DNA of 64,000 nt from Candidatus Latescibacterota bacterium (GTDB lineage Bacteria; Latescibacterota; UBA2968; GCA-2709665), in the NCBI GenBank assembly GCA_965226795.1, contig CBDDDZ010000002.1, positions 96,001-160,000 of the forward strand, read 5' to 3'. The translations under genes and the position numbers were made by a program. Positions 19,894 to 31,153 of the stretch are shown here, piece after piece (positions within the stretch are counted from its first letter, which is position 1; the number at the start of each line of letters is the position of its first letter). The notes below the pieces were generated by a model. The model ran no database searches. It was not told where the DNA came from and saw nothing but the letters and a program-made list of their open reading frames with translations.

Positions 19894-22800
19894 ATGCGTA
19901 TTCCACCGGTGTACACGGAACTCAAGGATCTCAATCTCGATACGGAACTGGTCCGAAGCGGCCGGGCGAACGTAACGATCGTGGTTCCGGCAGGCCTGAT
20001 TTACGCCGGCTCCGCGAAACGCCTGCAAGCGGCAATAAAGGCGCGAACGGGTGTGCGCGTGCCCATTGTCGAGGAATCGTCCGTGGCGGGTACCGAGCCC
20101 ATTTCAGGACACCTGATCGTACTTGGCAACCGGTCCGGCAGCCACACGATAGAAGCGCTCTACAACCAATACTACACCCTGCTGGATCTGCGCTATCCCG
20201 GGGCTGGCGGGTACGAGGTCCGGTCGCTTCACAATCCGTTCGGCGACGGGAACAATGTGATCTTTGTGGGCGGCAGCGATGCAGAGGGCGTGTCGGCGGC
20301 GGCGGATGCGCTGGTGAGGAAGGTGTCGGAAGCGGAGGGTGAAGAAGGCGCGCTTTCGCTGGGTTGGCTGATGGAGATCGAACTGGGGAGGGGGATTGTG
20401 GTGCCGCAGGACATCCGGGAATTCGAAACCTGGGAGGCCTCCTCGGGATACGGATCGGTGGGGTATTTCGGGTGGAACAGCATCAGCAAGCGGATGGCCA
20501 TGTATTATATGACGGGAGACCCCTTTCACGCGCGGGAAGCCCTCCGGCTGGCCTTCCCGGACGACCGGGCGAAGGCCGAAATCACAGAGATCGATGGAGA
20601 GCGGATCGAGAACAAGGACGAGCCGCTCGGCGGCCCGTACCACTACAACGCGCACATGATGATTCTCTACTGGGATCTGATTGAGGAGAGTCCGGTGTTT
20701 ACGGATGCCGAACGCCTGCGGGTTACGAATGCCTTTGCGTCTCAGCTCGGGCACGCGCAGGACCAGGGCCCGCGGCGGCAGGTGGTGGAGAATGTGCGAC
20801 GCGGCAAAAGGGGATTCGGAGACCCGCCGCACTGCGTGGGGTCGCGGCACGGGCAGTGGTCGGCGATTTCGCTCTACTGCCTGGGCCGATACTTTCACGC
20901 CTACTACCCGCATGCGCTCTGGGAACAATCCATGGAGGCGGCCAGGTGGCATTTTACATCCCTGCATCGACATGCGTGGGTTGACGGGGAGCACGACAAC
21001 CTGTTCTGGTACAATACCGGTATGGCTCCTGTTCTGAGCTATATGCTGCTTACGGGCGACCGGAAGCCGATCGAGAACGGGGTGCTGGCCACCCTGCTTC
21101 GCGGGCAGGAAATCCTCGCCTCGGGTCGCGAACCCGATTGGGCGCTGAATTCCGCGTCCATCGGGTTTCTCAACAAAGCCGCCTATCTGACGGGTGACGG
21201 CCGTTACCGTGAATACCTTCGCCGAACCGGGATGGACCTGGAAAACTTCCGGCTGGGGCAGTCCTTCTGGCCCGAGGGCGATCTCGAGGCCGTGCTGCCC
21301 GCGGACCTGGTGAACAGGTGGTCCATCCATCCCATCCCCGAGCCGATGTGGCGCGAGCGAGCCGGCGGATTGCCGCTGGAAGACTCGTTCCTGTTCGGCA
21401 GCTTTCGGAGCGCGGCCGACTCAACGGGCGATTTCATTCTGGTGAAGGGGATGAACGGCGCGTCTCGGAACGCGTACCACACCTTTGTGATCCTGGAACT
21501 GCGACTGGGAGGACAGACGCTGCTGGAAGGCTATCTGAACCAGGTGCTGACCCGTTCGGAGGGGATGGTAGAGCCCGTTGTGGCGATGGATTCCGCGCTG
21601 AAGTATCGCGATGTGGTCGGGGGGACCGCCGTGATCGCGGCCGTTGTGCCTGGGGCGGCGTTCTGCACGTGGCGCAGGACACTGGCGCAGCGGGTGGGCC
21701 GGTACGCGCTGTTTGTTGACCACCTGACATTCCGAGCGGACAGCGAGGAACTGGAGGTGGAGGTGCTGTGGCAGGGAAAGGGCGCATGGGACGCGCTGCC
21801 GGATGGAGGCGCTGTACGTATCCGGGATGCGGGACAGATCCGCATGTCGGAACCGTTGGAGACCACGGTTGCGGACGGGCAGGCGCGCATGATATGGCGG
21901 GGACGCGTGGAGAAGGGTGGTGGGCAATGCTTTTTCTCGTTGTTGGCGGGGGAGGATACGTCGTGCGCGCGGTTGGGCGAGAATGCCGCGGCCCTGGCGC
22001 TGCCGGAGCCGGCCGTAGCCGCCGTGGGCGAATACGAGGGACTCAGAGGAGACCTGGTGGTGCTGGCGGGAAGCCACCTCCACGGCGTCAACCTGACCGA
22101 GGCGTCGCTGGGCGCCCGGTTTTCCGCTCGAGCGCACCCGTGCAGGTCGACTGGGACTTTCAAAGCGGCACGCTGGAGGTGGTTGCGGATGAGGAGACCG
22201 AAATCCGGTTGGCTGTCGCCGATCCGCGTGGTATGCGCGTGGGCGGAAGGGTTCTGGAGGACGCGGGGGATGGATTGTCCCCAGCGACCGTCCGAATCCC
22301 TGCGGGACGGCACACGGTATCCGGCGCGGTACCGGATGCGGCCGCGCTTGAAAGGGTGACGGCGCGCCTCGAGGGCCTTCTGGAGCAGGGCCGGGATGCC
22401 AGACGGCTATCCGCGGCCGCGCTATCGCCTGTTCTGCCGGATGTACCCTCCATGGCGCCTGTTTTCGCGACCGGCGTGGGTGGCGCGGTGGTGGACCTCG
22501 TCGTCGCCGATTCCGGCGAGGAAACGCGAATCTGTGCGGCTGAAACCCAGAATGTCCACGTGTTGTCACGGGAGGGGGTAGTACTCCGGACCCTGCGGAC
22601 GGATGGTCCCATCCGTCTCCTCCACTGGTGGGCGGAGCACAAACTGCTCCTGGCGGGATGCGTGGACGAGAAGGTCATCGCGTTCGATCCGGATACGGGC
22701 GCCCGGAAATGGGTGTTTGTTTCCGAGGAAGACCCGGCGGTTTTCCGGGCTGCAAAACCGTACTGGTTCAAGACGGCTCCGGGGCACGCGGGCGTTCATG

Positions 22801-23609
22801 GACTCCATTCCGGCGTTTTTCTGGATGGCGAGAGCCAGGCTTTCGTGGGCAGCGCCTGCACACTCGAGATCCTGGATTATAACGGGAATCTCGTGAAACG
22901 GCTTCCGGTGTTCTGGGGGCCGGGTTCCCGGTTTGCCCTGATCGACGGGCCCGAGGGCAGCATCGATCTGCTGATTGCGCGGCAGCCTACGGATTCGCAC
23001 GCGATGGCCGTTGTGAACAACCGCGAGTTGGACCCGAAACAGCGCGGCTTCCGCGACGTGCCGGACGGACAAACGAATATCGGCGGGTGGGCCTGCATGA
23101 GCCGGAAACACATCTTTTACGAGGACCTGGACGGGGACGGCAAAAGGGAAGTGGTCAGCGAGATCAACGGGACCTGGAACCGGGTGACGGTCTGGACGGA
23201 GGATGGGCGGGCGCTGCACAACGTCCACCTCGGCCCGGGGCAGCGCATTCCGGCGGACAACGTGCGGGATTTCGACGTTGTCGACCTGGATGGCGACGGC
23301 AGGAAAGAGCTGCTCGCGGCACTCTCGGGCGGGCTGATACTTGCACTCGATCACCGATGTGAGAAGGTCTGGGCAAGGCGGCTGCCCTGTCCGCCGACGG
23401 TGATGGCAGCCATCGGGGCCGGGGTCGGCGCCAGGGTCGTGGCGGGCTGCGAAGACGGTACGCTGGTCGTCCTGGATGGCGGTGGCAGGGTCGTCGGGTC
23501 GGGCAGGATGACGGGGAGGCCGACCGGAATTGTCCGTGTGGATGGAAATGTCGTTCTGGCAACGGATCAGGGTGAGGTCAGGGAATGGCGGATGGATGAC
23601 CGCAGGTAA
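19894..23609 (+). pseudogene. Lyase-like (heparinase II/III) + FG-GAP beta-propeller protein, frameshifted near 22116
   Basis: N-part shares YPGAGGYEVRSLHNPFGDGNNV and WDLIEESPVF with paralogs; C-part in the 21768 frame has DLDGDG repeats; adding one C at ggcgCCCggtt gives ..LGAPVFRSSAPVQVDWD. Confidence 0.65.
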
Positions 23610-23633
23610 GCGGGACAACGGTTAGGGGGAAAA

Positions 23634-26600
23634 ATGGACGCGGATCGAGGGTCGATCGGACTGAAAATCGATGCGTTGAAACGAATGCACCTGGAGACGG
23701 TGCTGGCGGCAGACGGCGAACCCGGTGGGAAGATCGTCATCGGGGAAAATCCGGAGCACCAGCGGCAGGCGCAACGCATCGTGGAACGTATTCAATCGGC
23801 CACGGGCGCCCGTCTGCCGGTGGTCCGCGCCGATGACGCGACCGGGGGAGGCCTGCTTGACAGTCACGCGGTCGCTCTGGGAAATATGGCCGACAACCCG
23901 TTCGTCCGCTGGCTGTATTACCAGTGGTGGGCCATAGAAGATCTCTGTTATCCCGGCGAGGGAGGGTATACGCTCCGTACGCTGCACAACCTGCTGGGAA
24001 ACGGGAAGAATGTGGTCCTGCTGGGAGCCAGCGACGAAAGCGGGCTGGACCGCGCGGCATCCCGTTTTCTGTCGCGGGTCGACGCTTGCGAGAGGCTGAG
24101 TTTCGGGTGGCTGATGGACGTCGCGCCGGGCCCGGCCTTCGATTCTCTCGACCATCCGCCGGACGGGTGGCTTGAGGAGCGGCGGGAGGACTTTATCGGA
24201 AGGGTAAGCCAGCCGCATGCCTCCAAAGCGGGGGCTGGCCACGGGATGGTCACGGAGGCGGGAAGGCAGGGCCTGGCGTACCATCGGACGGGGTTCGAGG
24301 TCTATGCGAAGGCATTGCGCGAGGCGGTGGATGCGCATCTGAAGATGGGGGAACACGGCGTGATGGCCCACTTCAACGTGTGGTGGCTTGCGGTGATCTG
24401 GGACCTGATCGAGGAGAGTCCGGTGTTTTCAGACGAGGATCGCCTGCGGATCACGCGGTATCTGCTGTGGTTAATGGATTCGGAGGAAGGCGCGTACAAC
24501 CACTTCTTCCGCCAGGGGGTGGGCCACCGGATGGTGCGTCAGAACCACCAGACGCTGGTGGGCCTGTCGTCGTGGTTCGCCGGTCGATATTTCTCTACGC
24601 ACTACGGAATGCCGGAGGCGGAGGAATGGCAGGCGGCGTCCGCGGATCTGTTCAAGGGGCAGGCGTCGTCGTTCAAGCCGACCGAGGATGCCAATGCCTA
24701 CCAGTGGACGACACTGGACCATCTCCTGACCTATACGCTGGCCAGCGGGGACAGGACGTACGTTGAGAACGGAAATTGTCGCCGGTCGTTGGACCAGGCG
24801 GTATTGTACTGCAACAATCTCGGGGCCATGCCGGCGTTCGGCGACTCGGGGGGATGCCAGGTACCTCCACCGGCGAGTTTCCTGGTGAAGGCGGGGCACG
24901 TGCTGCGGGATGGCCGCGCGGAGTTCCTGATTCGCGCGCGATCGGACCGGGTTTCGCTTGTACACGGATTCGAGAAATATTTCTGCGATGGCCTGGAACC
25001 CGAATCGCCCCGGGAAATGGCAGGCGTGCGGATGCTGGAAGTGGCGGAGGGTTTCTACAATTTCGCCAGCGACCCGAAGGCTCGCCCGTCGGAAGTAAAG
25101 CCTCTCAATCTGCCGCGCGACAATGCGTTCGATACCGTGTGTTTCCGCGAGGGATTCGACCGGGCCGATCAATACCTGATGCTGCACGGGATCTCCTACG
25201 GCAACCACGGGCACGACGACGGAAACACAATTGTGGAGTTCTCCGCGAACGACCGGGTATTCCTGGTAGACGCCTCTTACACGGAGGGGCCCACCCTGAA
25301 ACATCACAACGGGTGCACGGCGGTTCGAAACGGAGAGCCCTGGCAGGTGCCCGCGCTGTGCCGTCTGGAGGGGCTGGCGGACCTCGACCGTATGGGAATG
25401 AGCCGAACATCGATGGAAGTGGAATCGGGAGCGCTGTGGACCCGAAATATGGTGTGGAGGGTCGGCCGGTTCTTCGTCGTCATCGATGAAATCCAGGCCA
25501 CTGAAGCGGGTGCGTTCGCGCTCCAATGCAACTGGCGGACGCTGGGTACGCCCACGCTGGACGGGAATCGGCTGGAGACCGTCCAGAAGGATCCGGATGA
25601 CGGGCGCGAGGATCGGTTCGTCTTGGAAGGCATGGGCGGTGACCGTATTGATATGGAGCGGGACTGGGAGGCTTTCGGGCATTGGTGGAAGGACTATCCG
25701 TACTCGGACGACTACGTCAATATCCTGCGGCAGTCCGTCAACCGCACGATGGAGGTGGGAGACAGGCATACATTCATCAATCTGTTTTACGCGACAAACG
25801 AAGCGAAACCGGTGGATGTGCGGATGCGTCGCGTCGCGGAGACCGCGGTCGTAATCGAGGGGTCGGAGGGACGGATGCTGATCGGGACCGGAGGCGCGGG
25901 CGGCGCGTTTTCGGCGGGACCGATATCCGGCAGAGCCGATGCCTACGCGATCGGAGATGGATGGTTTTCTCTTTTGGGAGGCAGGCTGTTGCGCGGGGAG
26001 ACAACGCTATTCGAAAGCGACGCGCCGGTGTCCGTTGAGTTCGACCTGGAGACGGGCGTCGGTGCGGTGGACGTATCTGAACCCGCAAACGCGGCGTTGT
26101 GCGGAGAGGTACATACGCTCCCGGCAGGAAAACAGCGGGTGCGCCAGGCGCCCGTGGTCAGTGGCGGCATACCGGACCGCGTGTGGCGCCTGGACGATTG
26201 GGGGGCTGGTGCACAGAAACGCCTCCGGCCGGCATCGGCGGCATCCCTGCGCCCTGTATGGTCGCGCGACTTCGGTTCGGCTGTACGATGCGTGGCGCGC
26301 AGGGGGGATGGTGCGGTTGCGGGAACGCAGGACGGGCGCGTGGTCGCGTTGACGCGGGAAGGAGAAACCGACTGGACGTTCGGGGCCGGGGATGCGGTGC
26401 TGTCGGTGTGCGCGGCGGGGCAGGCCGGGGACGACCGCGCCCCGGTGGCGGCAGGGGCGAACAACCGGTGTCTCTACTATCTGGATGGAGAAGGCGCCGT
26501 GCGATGGTCCCACGAGTTCGCGATCTTTCGAGGAGGGTGGGAATGGTATACCCGAAATTCGTCCGTTGAACTGGTGAAGTCTGCGGATCTTCGAGGCACG

Positions 26601-27332
26601 GGGCGGCCGGATATTCTTGCGGCGGTCACGGATCGGCAACTCCACTGTTTCGACGCGGACGGCAACAAACGCTGGAATTTCTTTATCTACGGGATCTTCG
26701 ACCCCTTTTGCCTGGCGGACGTGGACGGAGACGGCCGTCTGGAGGTGATCGGCGGGCCGGGCCGGATTTCCTGCGGCGGAACGTGCTATGTGCTGGACGC
26801 GGACGGCGGCACAATCGCCAGCAACGGGCTGGACGGATGGCCTTCGATGCTTCCCGGGTGCGACGTGTATCTGTCCGAAAATGGCGACAATCTGATCGCC
26901 TGCGGTACGACCCGGTCGAGAGTCCACGCGCTTCGGCTTGACGGCGATTCTCTGACACCCAGGTGGACACGGGATGTGGGCGAAGAGGTGCACGCGGTTG
27001 TGGCGTTGGACGTGGACGGCGATGGGAGGCCCGAAGTCGCGGCCGGATCGGATTGTTTCTACCTCTACCTGTTCGACGAAAACGGCGTCGAGCGATGGCG
27101 GCGCAACCTGGAGGCCCCGGTGCGCCGTCTGGTTGCCATCGACCTGAATCGGGATGGCACGCCGGAGATCGTCGCCGGGTGTGACGACGGGAGCGTATGG
27201 ATACTGGGCGGAGACGGAGAGACCCTCGGTGTCCACCGTACAGAGGCGAAGATTCACGCCCTGACGCCCCACGGAGAAGGCCGCCTGCTGCTCGGTTGTT
27301 CGGACGGGACCCTTTCGATGCTGGGGCTGTGA
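23634..27332 (+). CDS. Lyase-like (heparinase II/III) + FG-GAP/PQQ beta-propeller protein
   Basis: YPGEGGY..HNLLG, QNHQ, PAFGDS, NHGHDDGNTI, HHNGC, multiple DVDGDG repeats. Confidence 0.7.
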   Translation: MDADRGSIGLKIDALKRMHLETVLAADGEPGGKIVIGENPEHQRQAQRIVERIQSATGARLPVVRADDATGGGLLDSHAVALGNMADNPFVRWLYYQWWAIEDLCYPGEGGYTLRTLHNLLGNGKNVVLLGASDESGLDRAASRFLSRVDACERLSFGWLMDVAPGPAFDSLDHPPDGWLEERREDFIGRVSQPHASKAGAGHGMVTEAGRQGLAYHRTGFEVYAKALREAVDAHLKMGEHGVMAHFNVWWLAVIWDLIEESPVFSDEDRLRITRYLLWLMDSEEGAYNHFFRQGVGHRMVRQNHQTLVGLSSWFAGRYFSTHYGMPEAEEWQAASADLFKGQASSFKPTEDANAYQWTTLDHLLTYTLASGDRTYVENGNCRRSLDQAVLYCNNLGAMPAFGDSGGCQVPPPASFLVKAGHVLRDGRAEFLIRARSDRVSLVHGFEKYFCDGLEPESPREMAGVRMLEVAEGFYNFASDPKARPSEVKPLNLPRDNAFDTVCFREGFDRADQYLMLHGISYGNHGHDDGNTIVEFSANDRVFLVDASYTEGPTLKHHNGCTAVRNGEPWQVPALCRLEGLADLDRMGMSRTSMEVESGALWTRNMVWRVGRFFVVIDEIQATEAGAFALQCNWRTLGTPTLDGNRLETVQKDPDDGREDRFVLEGMGGDRIDMERDWEAFGHWWKDYPYSDDYVNILRQSVNRTMEVGDRHTFINLFYATNEAKPVDVRMRRVAETAVVIEGSEGRMLIGTGGAGGAFSAGPISGRADAYAIGDGWFSLLGGRLLRGETTLFESDAPVSVEFDLETGVGAVDVSEPANAALCGEVHTLPAGKQRVRQAPVVSGGIPDRVWRLDDWGAGAQKRLRPASAASLRPVWSRDFGSAVRCVARRGDGAVAGTQDGRVVALTREGETDWTFGAGDAVLSVCAAGQAGDDRAPVAAGANNRCLYYLDGEGAVRWSHEFAIFRGGWEWYTRNSSVELVKSADLRGTGRPDILAAVTDRQLHCFDADGNKRWNFFIYGIFDPFCLADVDGDGRLEVIGGPGRISCGGTCYVLDADGGTIASNGLDGWPSMLPGCDVYLSENGDNLIACGTTRSRVHALRLDGDSLTPRWTRDVGEEVHAVVALDVDGDGRPEVAAGSDCFYLYLFDENGVERWRRNLEAPVRRLVAIDLNRDGTPEIVAGCDDGSVWILGGDGETLGVHRTEAKIHALTPHGEGRLLLGCSDGTLSMLGL

Positions 27333-27409
27333 TTGTGACGATCTCTGCGATGGTTCGGGTAGACTGAATTCACGAAACCCTCGAGCGGCGCAGTTCAAAG
27401 GAGAGTTCC

Positions 27410-28402
27410 ATGACGAAAATGCTGCGCGTTGGGCTGGTCGGATGCGGCGGGCAGACCCGCCTCAACCTCGCGCCAGCGTTCGCCCGTATCGAATCCGCGC
27501 GTCTGGTTTCGTGTGCGGACGTCGATGAAGCCAGGGCGCAACAACTGGCCGAAGCGTTACAGATCGAAAAGGTGTTCGCCCGTTCTGAGGACGTCACGGG
27601 CAGCGCGGACGTGGATGCCGTAATCGTGGCCGTCCCGCACCGCTTCCTCAAGGACGTGGCGCTCTCGGCCATCGGCGCCGGGAAGCACGTCTTCATTGAG
27701 AAGCCCATCGGACTCAATGCGGTGGAGGGCGCAGAGGTGGTGGATGCCGCCGCCCGGCACGGCGTGGTGGCGATGGTGGGCTATTGCATGCGGTATTCCC
27801 TCAGCCGGATGTTCATCAAGTCCCTTCTGGATCGGGGCGCGGTGGGAGACGTCAGCTTCGTGGCGGCCGGCAAGGGGGGCGGCCCGCTGGGCGGGTGGCT
27901 CGGGGGGCCTTACGCGGAAGGGGGCGGCCAGCTTCTCTTTCTGGGTTCCCATCTGACCGACCAGGTGCTCTGGATGACGGGCGACGAAGCCGAAGCCGTG
28001 TCGGGAACCGTGCGATGGACGCCCGGCGGGACGGACGAGACGTCGGTATACACCGTGCGCCTGAAGGGGGGTGCCGTCGCGACGTTTTCCGTCTCCCAGG
28101 CGTCCGGCGTCGGCTACGACTTCGTGGACGTGTTCGGAACCCGCGGCCGCGTACGGGGAGATTGGAAAGGCGACGTCGTGACGATTGAGAGCCGGGTAAT
28201 TCCAGAATACGCGCACCCCACGGTCCTTCGCATCCCCGGCGACGATCTCGCCGAAATGTGCTATCGGGAAATGGCCGCGTTCGTCGAGGCGGCGACGTCG
28301 GGCGCTCCCGCGCCCATCCCGGTTTCGGACGGCCTGCGCGTGCTCCGGATCCTGGATGCCGTGGTTTCGTCATCCACGGAGAACAGCTGGGTCGAGGTCT
28401 AG
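27410..28402 (+). CDS. Gfo/Idh/MocA family oxidoreductase
   Basis: VGLVGCGG, HVFIEKPI; AAGGAG RBS. Confidence 0.9.
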   Translation: MTKMLRVGLVGCGGQTRLNLAPAFARIESARLVSCADVDEARAQQLAEALQIEKVFARSEDVTGSADVDAVIVAVPHRFLKDVALSAIGAGKHVFIEKPIGLNAVEGAEVVDAAARHGVVAMVGYCMRYSLSRMFIKSLLDRGAVGDVSFVAAGKGGGPLGGWLGGPYAEGGGQLLFLGSHLTDQVLWMTGDEAEAVSGTVRWTPGGTDETSVYTVRLKGGAVATFSVSQASGVGYDFVDVFGTRGRVRGDWKGDVVTIESRVIPEYAHPTVLRIPGDDLAEMCYREMAAFVEAATSGAPAPIPVSDGLRVLRILDAVVSSSTENSWVEV

Positions 28403-28550
28403 CCCTGTCCCGGAAATATGTCGCCATACGCCCGCTGGTTCATCCCGGCTCGCTGCGTTGCTGGCGTTTCTCTACGCGTTCGGTGACATTCGTGACCCTT
28501 CGACCCTTCGACAGGCTCAGGGACCGCAAGCTCAGGGAACGGCTCAGGGT
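28399..28550 (+). repeat. Partial TIR-MITE left end plus CTTCGACAGGCTCAGGG REP-like motifs
   Basis: ctagccctgtcccggaaatatgtcgcc...ttcatcccg matches the 17670 left end; begins at the stop codon of the upstream gene. Confidence 0.6.
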
Positions 28551-28656
28551 GTAGTGCATTTGGACATCGTCCCGTGCGTTGGCTGAGCCATCTGCGCTGA
28601 GCTTTCCAGAGGGGTAGCGAAATGTGGTACGACGCCAAACGTGCGTATACCTTCGC

Positions 28657-28889
28657 GGTCTACCTTGCGCCCGCCCGGCTGTGGAGTGGTGGGTTTTTCC
28701 ACGCTAATCCGTCCGGCATTGAAGCACCTTGCTGCCGTATTCGTATGTAGGGCACAATCGCCCGTCTACGCCCCTTCCGAAATTCGTGGAAAAACCGGCC
28801 CCGCGCCGAGCGGCGCCCTTCTTTTTCGCCCTTTTTCTTGGGCGATGCAAGAAAAAGGGCAAGGGAATAGGGGACGTTAGGGGGTGGTG
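28657..28889 (+). repeat. ~230-nt structured dispersed element, copy 1
   Basis: GGTTTTTCCACG...CGTGGAAAAACC stem; GCCCTTTTTCTTG-N7-CAAGAAAAAGGGC hairpin; AGGGAATAGGGGACGTTAG tail. Confidence 0.8.
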
Positions 28890-30113
28890 GATCATCTACT
28901 CTCTATTCAGGACATATACGTGCCAGCCATCGAACAGAACCAATGGAAAGAACACAGGGTGATCCGATCGAGTCCGGATGCGGAACGGATCGAGTTGCCC
29001 GCCCAGGCGCAGATCGTGACCGAAAGCTGGAACCGGGTGGTGGCCGTGCCCCACATTGTGTATATGCCGGAGAAGGACCGGGTGCTGATGTTGTTGAGTT
29101 GCGACTATCCCGGCAGTCCCTGGATACACTTCGCCATGGTCCTGTTCAGCGACGACCGGGGCGCCACGTGGAGCGATCCTGCGTACGTACACACAGACAC
29201 ACAGGGCAACCCCGGCTGCGGGCTGGGGCACGCGCTGACCTACCTGGGCGAGGGCAGGTTGATCATGTATTCCTGGCATCCGCCTCTGCGCTGGTTCAGC
29301 GCCGATTTTGGAGAGACGTGGGGAGAAACGGTGCCCGTGGAACCGGCGCCGGGCGGAAAAAGGTGGATGGCCTGGGATCCGGTTCTGGTGGACCTGGATC
29401 CAAATACGGGCGGGGTGACCCGTCTGATGGAAACGGGATATTACGGCGATTCCGAGACCATGGCCTCCCAGGCCTACGTCAGATTCAGCTCGGACGCCGG
29501 GAGAACCTGGACCGGCGCCCATCATGTTCCGGAGTTTGTCGGCATCAACGAAGTCTGCCCGATTCGAGCGGCCACCGGCGATATCGTCGCAACCTGCCGG
29601 ACCGATCCGCCCGAGGCGTACAGGAGCTGTCGATTCGATCACTACGAAGGTTTCGGAATATCCATCTCGAAAGACAACGGTTACACCTGGAGCGAGGTCC
29701 ATCAGCTCTACGACTGGGGGCGCCATCACGCCAGTACGGCGCTTCTGCCGTGTGACTACATTGTAGCCACATACGTGGTTCGCCTCGGCTATCCCGACAC
29801 CGCTGAGGGTTACCCGCGGTTCGGCATCGAGGCGGTGGTGAGCCGCGACAACGGCCAGACGTGGGACCTGGAACGCCGCTATATCCTCGCCGCCTGGACA
29901 GGAAACAAACAGGGTTCGCCCTCGCCCGCCGGAAAGCTGCGCTCCGGCGCCTGGCAGGCGAGTCCCCACACGACGTCCTCACTTGTGCTCCCTGACGGGT
30001 CGATTCTGACCGCCTACGGGACGGGCTATCGCCAGCGGGATGATGTCTATGGACCCGGACTGTACGGCCCCCGGGACGTCGGTCTGGTAAAGTGGAACAT
30101 CGAACCGGAATAG
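28884..30113 (+). CDS. BNR/Asp-box sialidase-like glycoside hydrolase (start uncertain)
   Basis: Five Asp boxes: SDDRGATW, SADFGETW, SSDAGRTW, SKDNGYTW, SRDNGQTW. Confidence 0.8.
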   Translation: MVDHLLSIQDIYVPAIEQNQWKEHRVIRSSPDAERIELPAQAQIVTESWNRVVAVPHIVYMPEKDRVLMLLSCDYPGSPWIHFAMVLFSDDRGATWSDPAYVHTDTQGNPGCGLGHALTYLGEGRLIMYSWHPPLRWFSADFGETWGETVPVEPAPGGKRWMAWDPVLVDLDPNTGGVTRLMETGYYGDSETMASQAYVRFSSDAGRTWTGAHHVPEFVGINEVCPIRAATGDIVATCRTDPPEAYRSCRFDHYEGFGISISKDNGYTWSEVHQLYDWGRHHASTALLPCDYIVATYVVRLGYPDTAEGYPRFGIEAVVSRDNGQTWDLERRYILAAWTGNKQGSPSPAGKLRSGAWQASPHTTSSLVLPDGSILTAYGTGYRQRDDVYGPGLYGPRDVGLVKWNIEPE

Positions 30114-30190
30114 GGACAGCACGCCGGCTGCTTCGGGACATCTCAACGGGGCAACAGGACAGGCGATTCGACACAGCGAAAGGGGCGGGT

Positions 30191-30961
30191 ATGATTACCG
30201 ATCAACAGGTTGAATTTTTCCGGACGTTCGGCTTTCTTGCGCTGCGCGGGGCGTTCGGCCCGGAGGAGATGGACGCGATCAGCCGTACATTCGACGACCT
30301 GCTCGAGAAAGACCGGGACGGCCGGCCTTTTCCCGGCGAGATACGGCAGTCGCTCTATGGAATCGCCGAGCACCATCCGCTGCTGACGGATCTCGTCGAG
30401 GACGACCGCATCTATGTGACCGTGGAACGCCTGCTGGGCCCCGGGTTTCACTGGCTCTGCTCCGAGGGCAATCTGTACGTGGGCGAAACGGAATGGCATC
30501 CCGACGGAAGCCGGCTGAACTATCCGCCGATGAAGGTCTCTCTGTATCTGGATACTCTCACGAAAAGCACCGGCTGTCTGCGGGTGATCCCCGGATCCCA
30601 CCGCCTGCCGTTTCACGAGGCATTGAGGCCCATCGATAAAATGGGCGTGCCCGGCGCGGACGTACCGTGCTACTTCCTGGAATCCACACCGGGAGACGTT
30701 TTGTTCCTGAACATGAACATCTGGCATGCGACCTACGGCGGCGCGGTGGGACGCCGCCACCTGGCGGTGAATTTCGTTCCGGAAGCCACGGAGGCTGAGC
30801 ACGTTGAGATGTTGAAGGCGAACCACCGGGTCCTGATCGACCTGATGGCCCGGTTCCAGTACAGCCAGCCGGGAAGGGCCTTCACCGACGATTTTCTGAA
30901 CAGCGAAAGGCCGCGCATCCGCCGCATGGCCTCAAAGTGGGTGGAACTCGGTCTGCAATAG
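30191..30961 (+). CDS. PhyH (phytanoyl-CoA dioxygenase-like) Fe(II)/2OG dioxygenase
   Basis: FFRTFGFL, WHPD, GCLRVIPGSH, PGDVLF...WHA. Confidence 0.88.
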   Translation: MITDQQVEFFRTFGFLALRGAFGPEEMDAISRTFDDLLEKDRDGRPFPGEIRQSLYGIAEHHPLLTDLVEDDRIYVTVERLLGPGFHWLCSEGNLYVGETEWHPDGSRLNYPPMKVSLYLDTLTKSTGCLRVIPGSHRLPFHEALRPIDKMGVPGADVPCYFLESTPGDVLFLNMNIWHATYGGAVGRRHLAVNFVPEATEAEHVEMLKANHRVLIDLMARFQYSQPGRAFTDDFLNSERPRIRRMASKWVELGLQ

Positions 30962-31119
30962 TGTTCTGTCCCGGAAATAGATTGCCGAAATTCGGCCGCC
31001 GGGTCGCCCGGCTCGCAAGGCGCCTGAGTGAGGCGACTGCGGAAGGTCGGCGAACGAAGGGAACGTAGCGACGGGATGAACCGGCGGAAGAAGGGTGACA
31101 TATTTCTGGGACGGGACAC
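30959..31119 (-). mobile_element. TIR-MITE copy (reverse orientation, ~160 bp)
   Basis: TAGTGTTCTGTCCCGGAAATAG...TATTTCTGGGACGGGACAC; terminal TAG is the PhyH stop codon. Confidence 0.75.
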
Positions 31120-31153
31120 GGAAGACGACGGCGGAGAAATAGAGGTGACCGGA

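Noticed and set aside
22105..22125. Programmed ribosomal frameshifting here or at 4683
   Set aside because: No slippery heptamer or stimulatory structure seen; a simple C-run indel is more parsimonious
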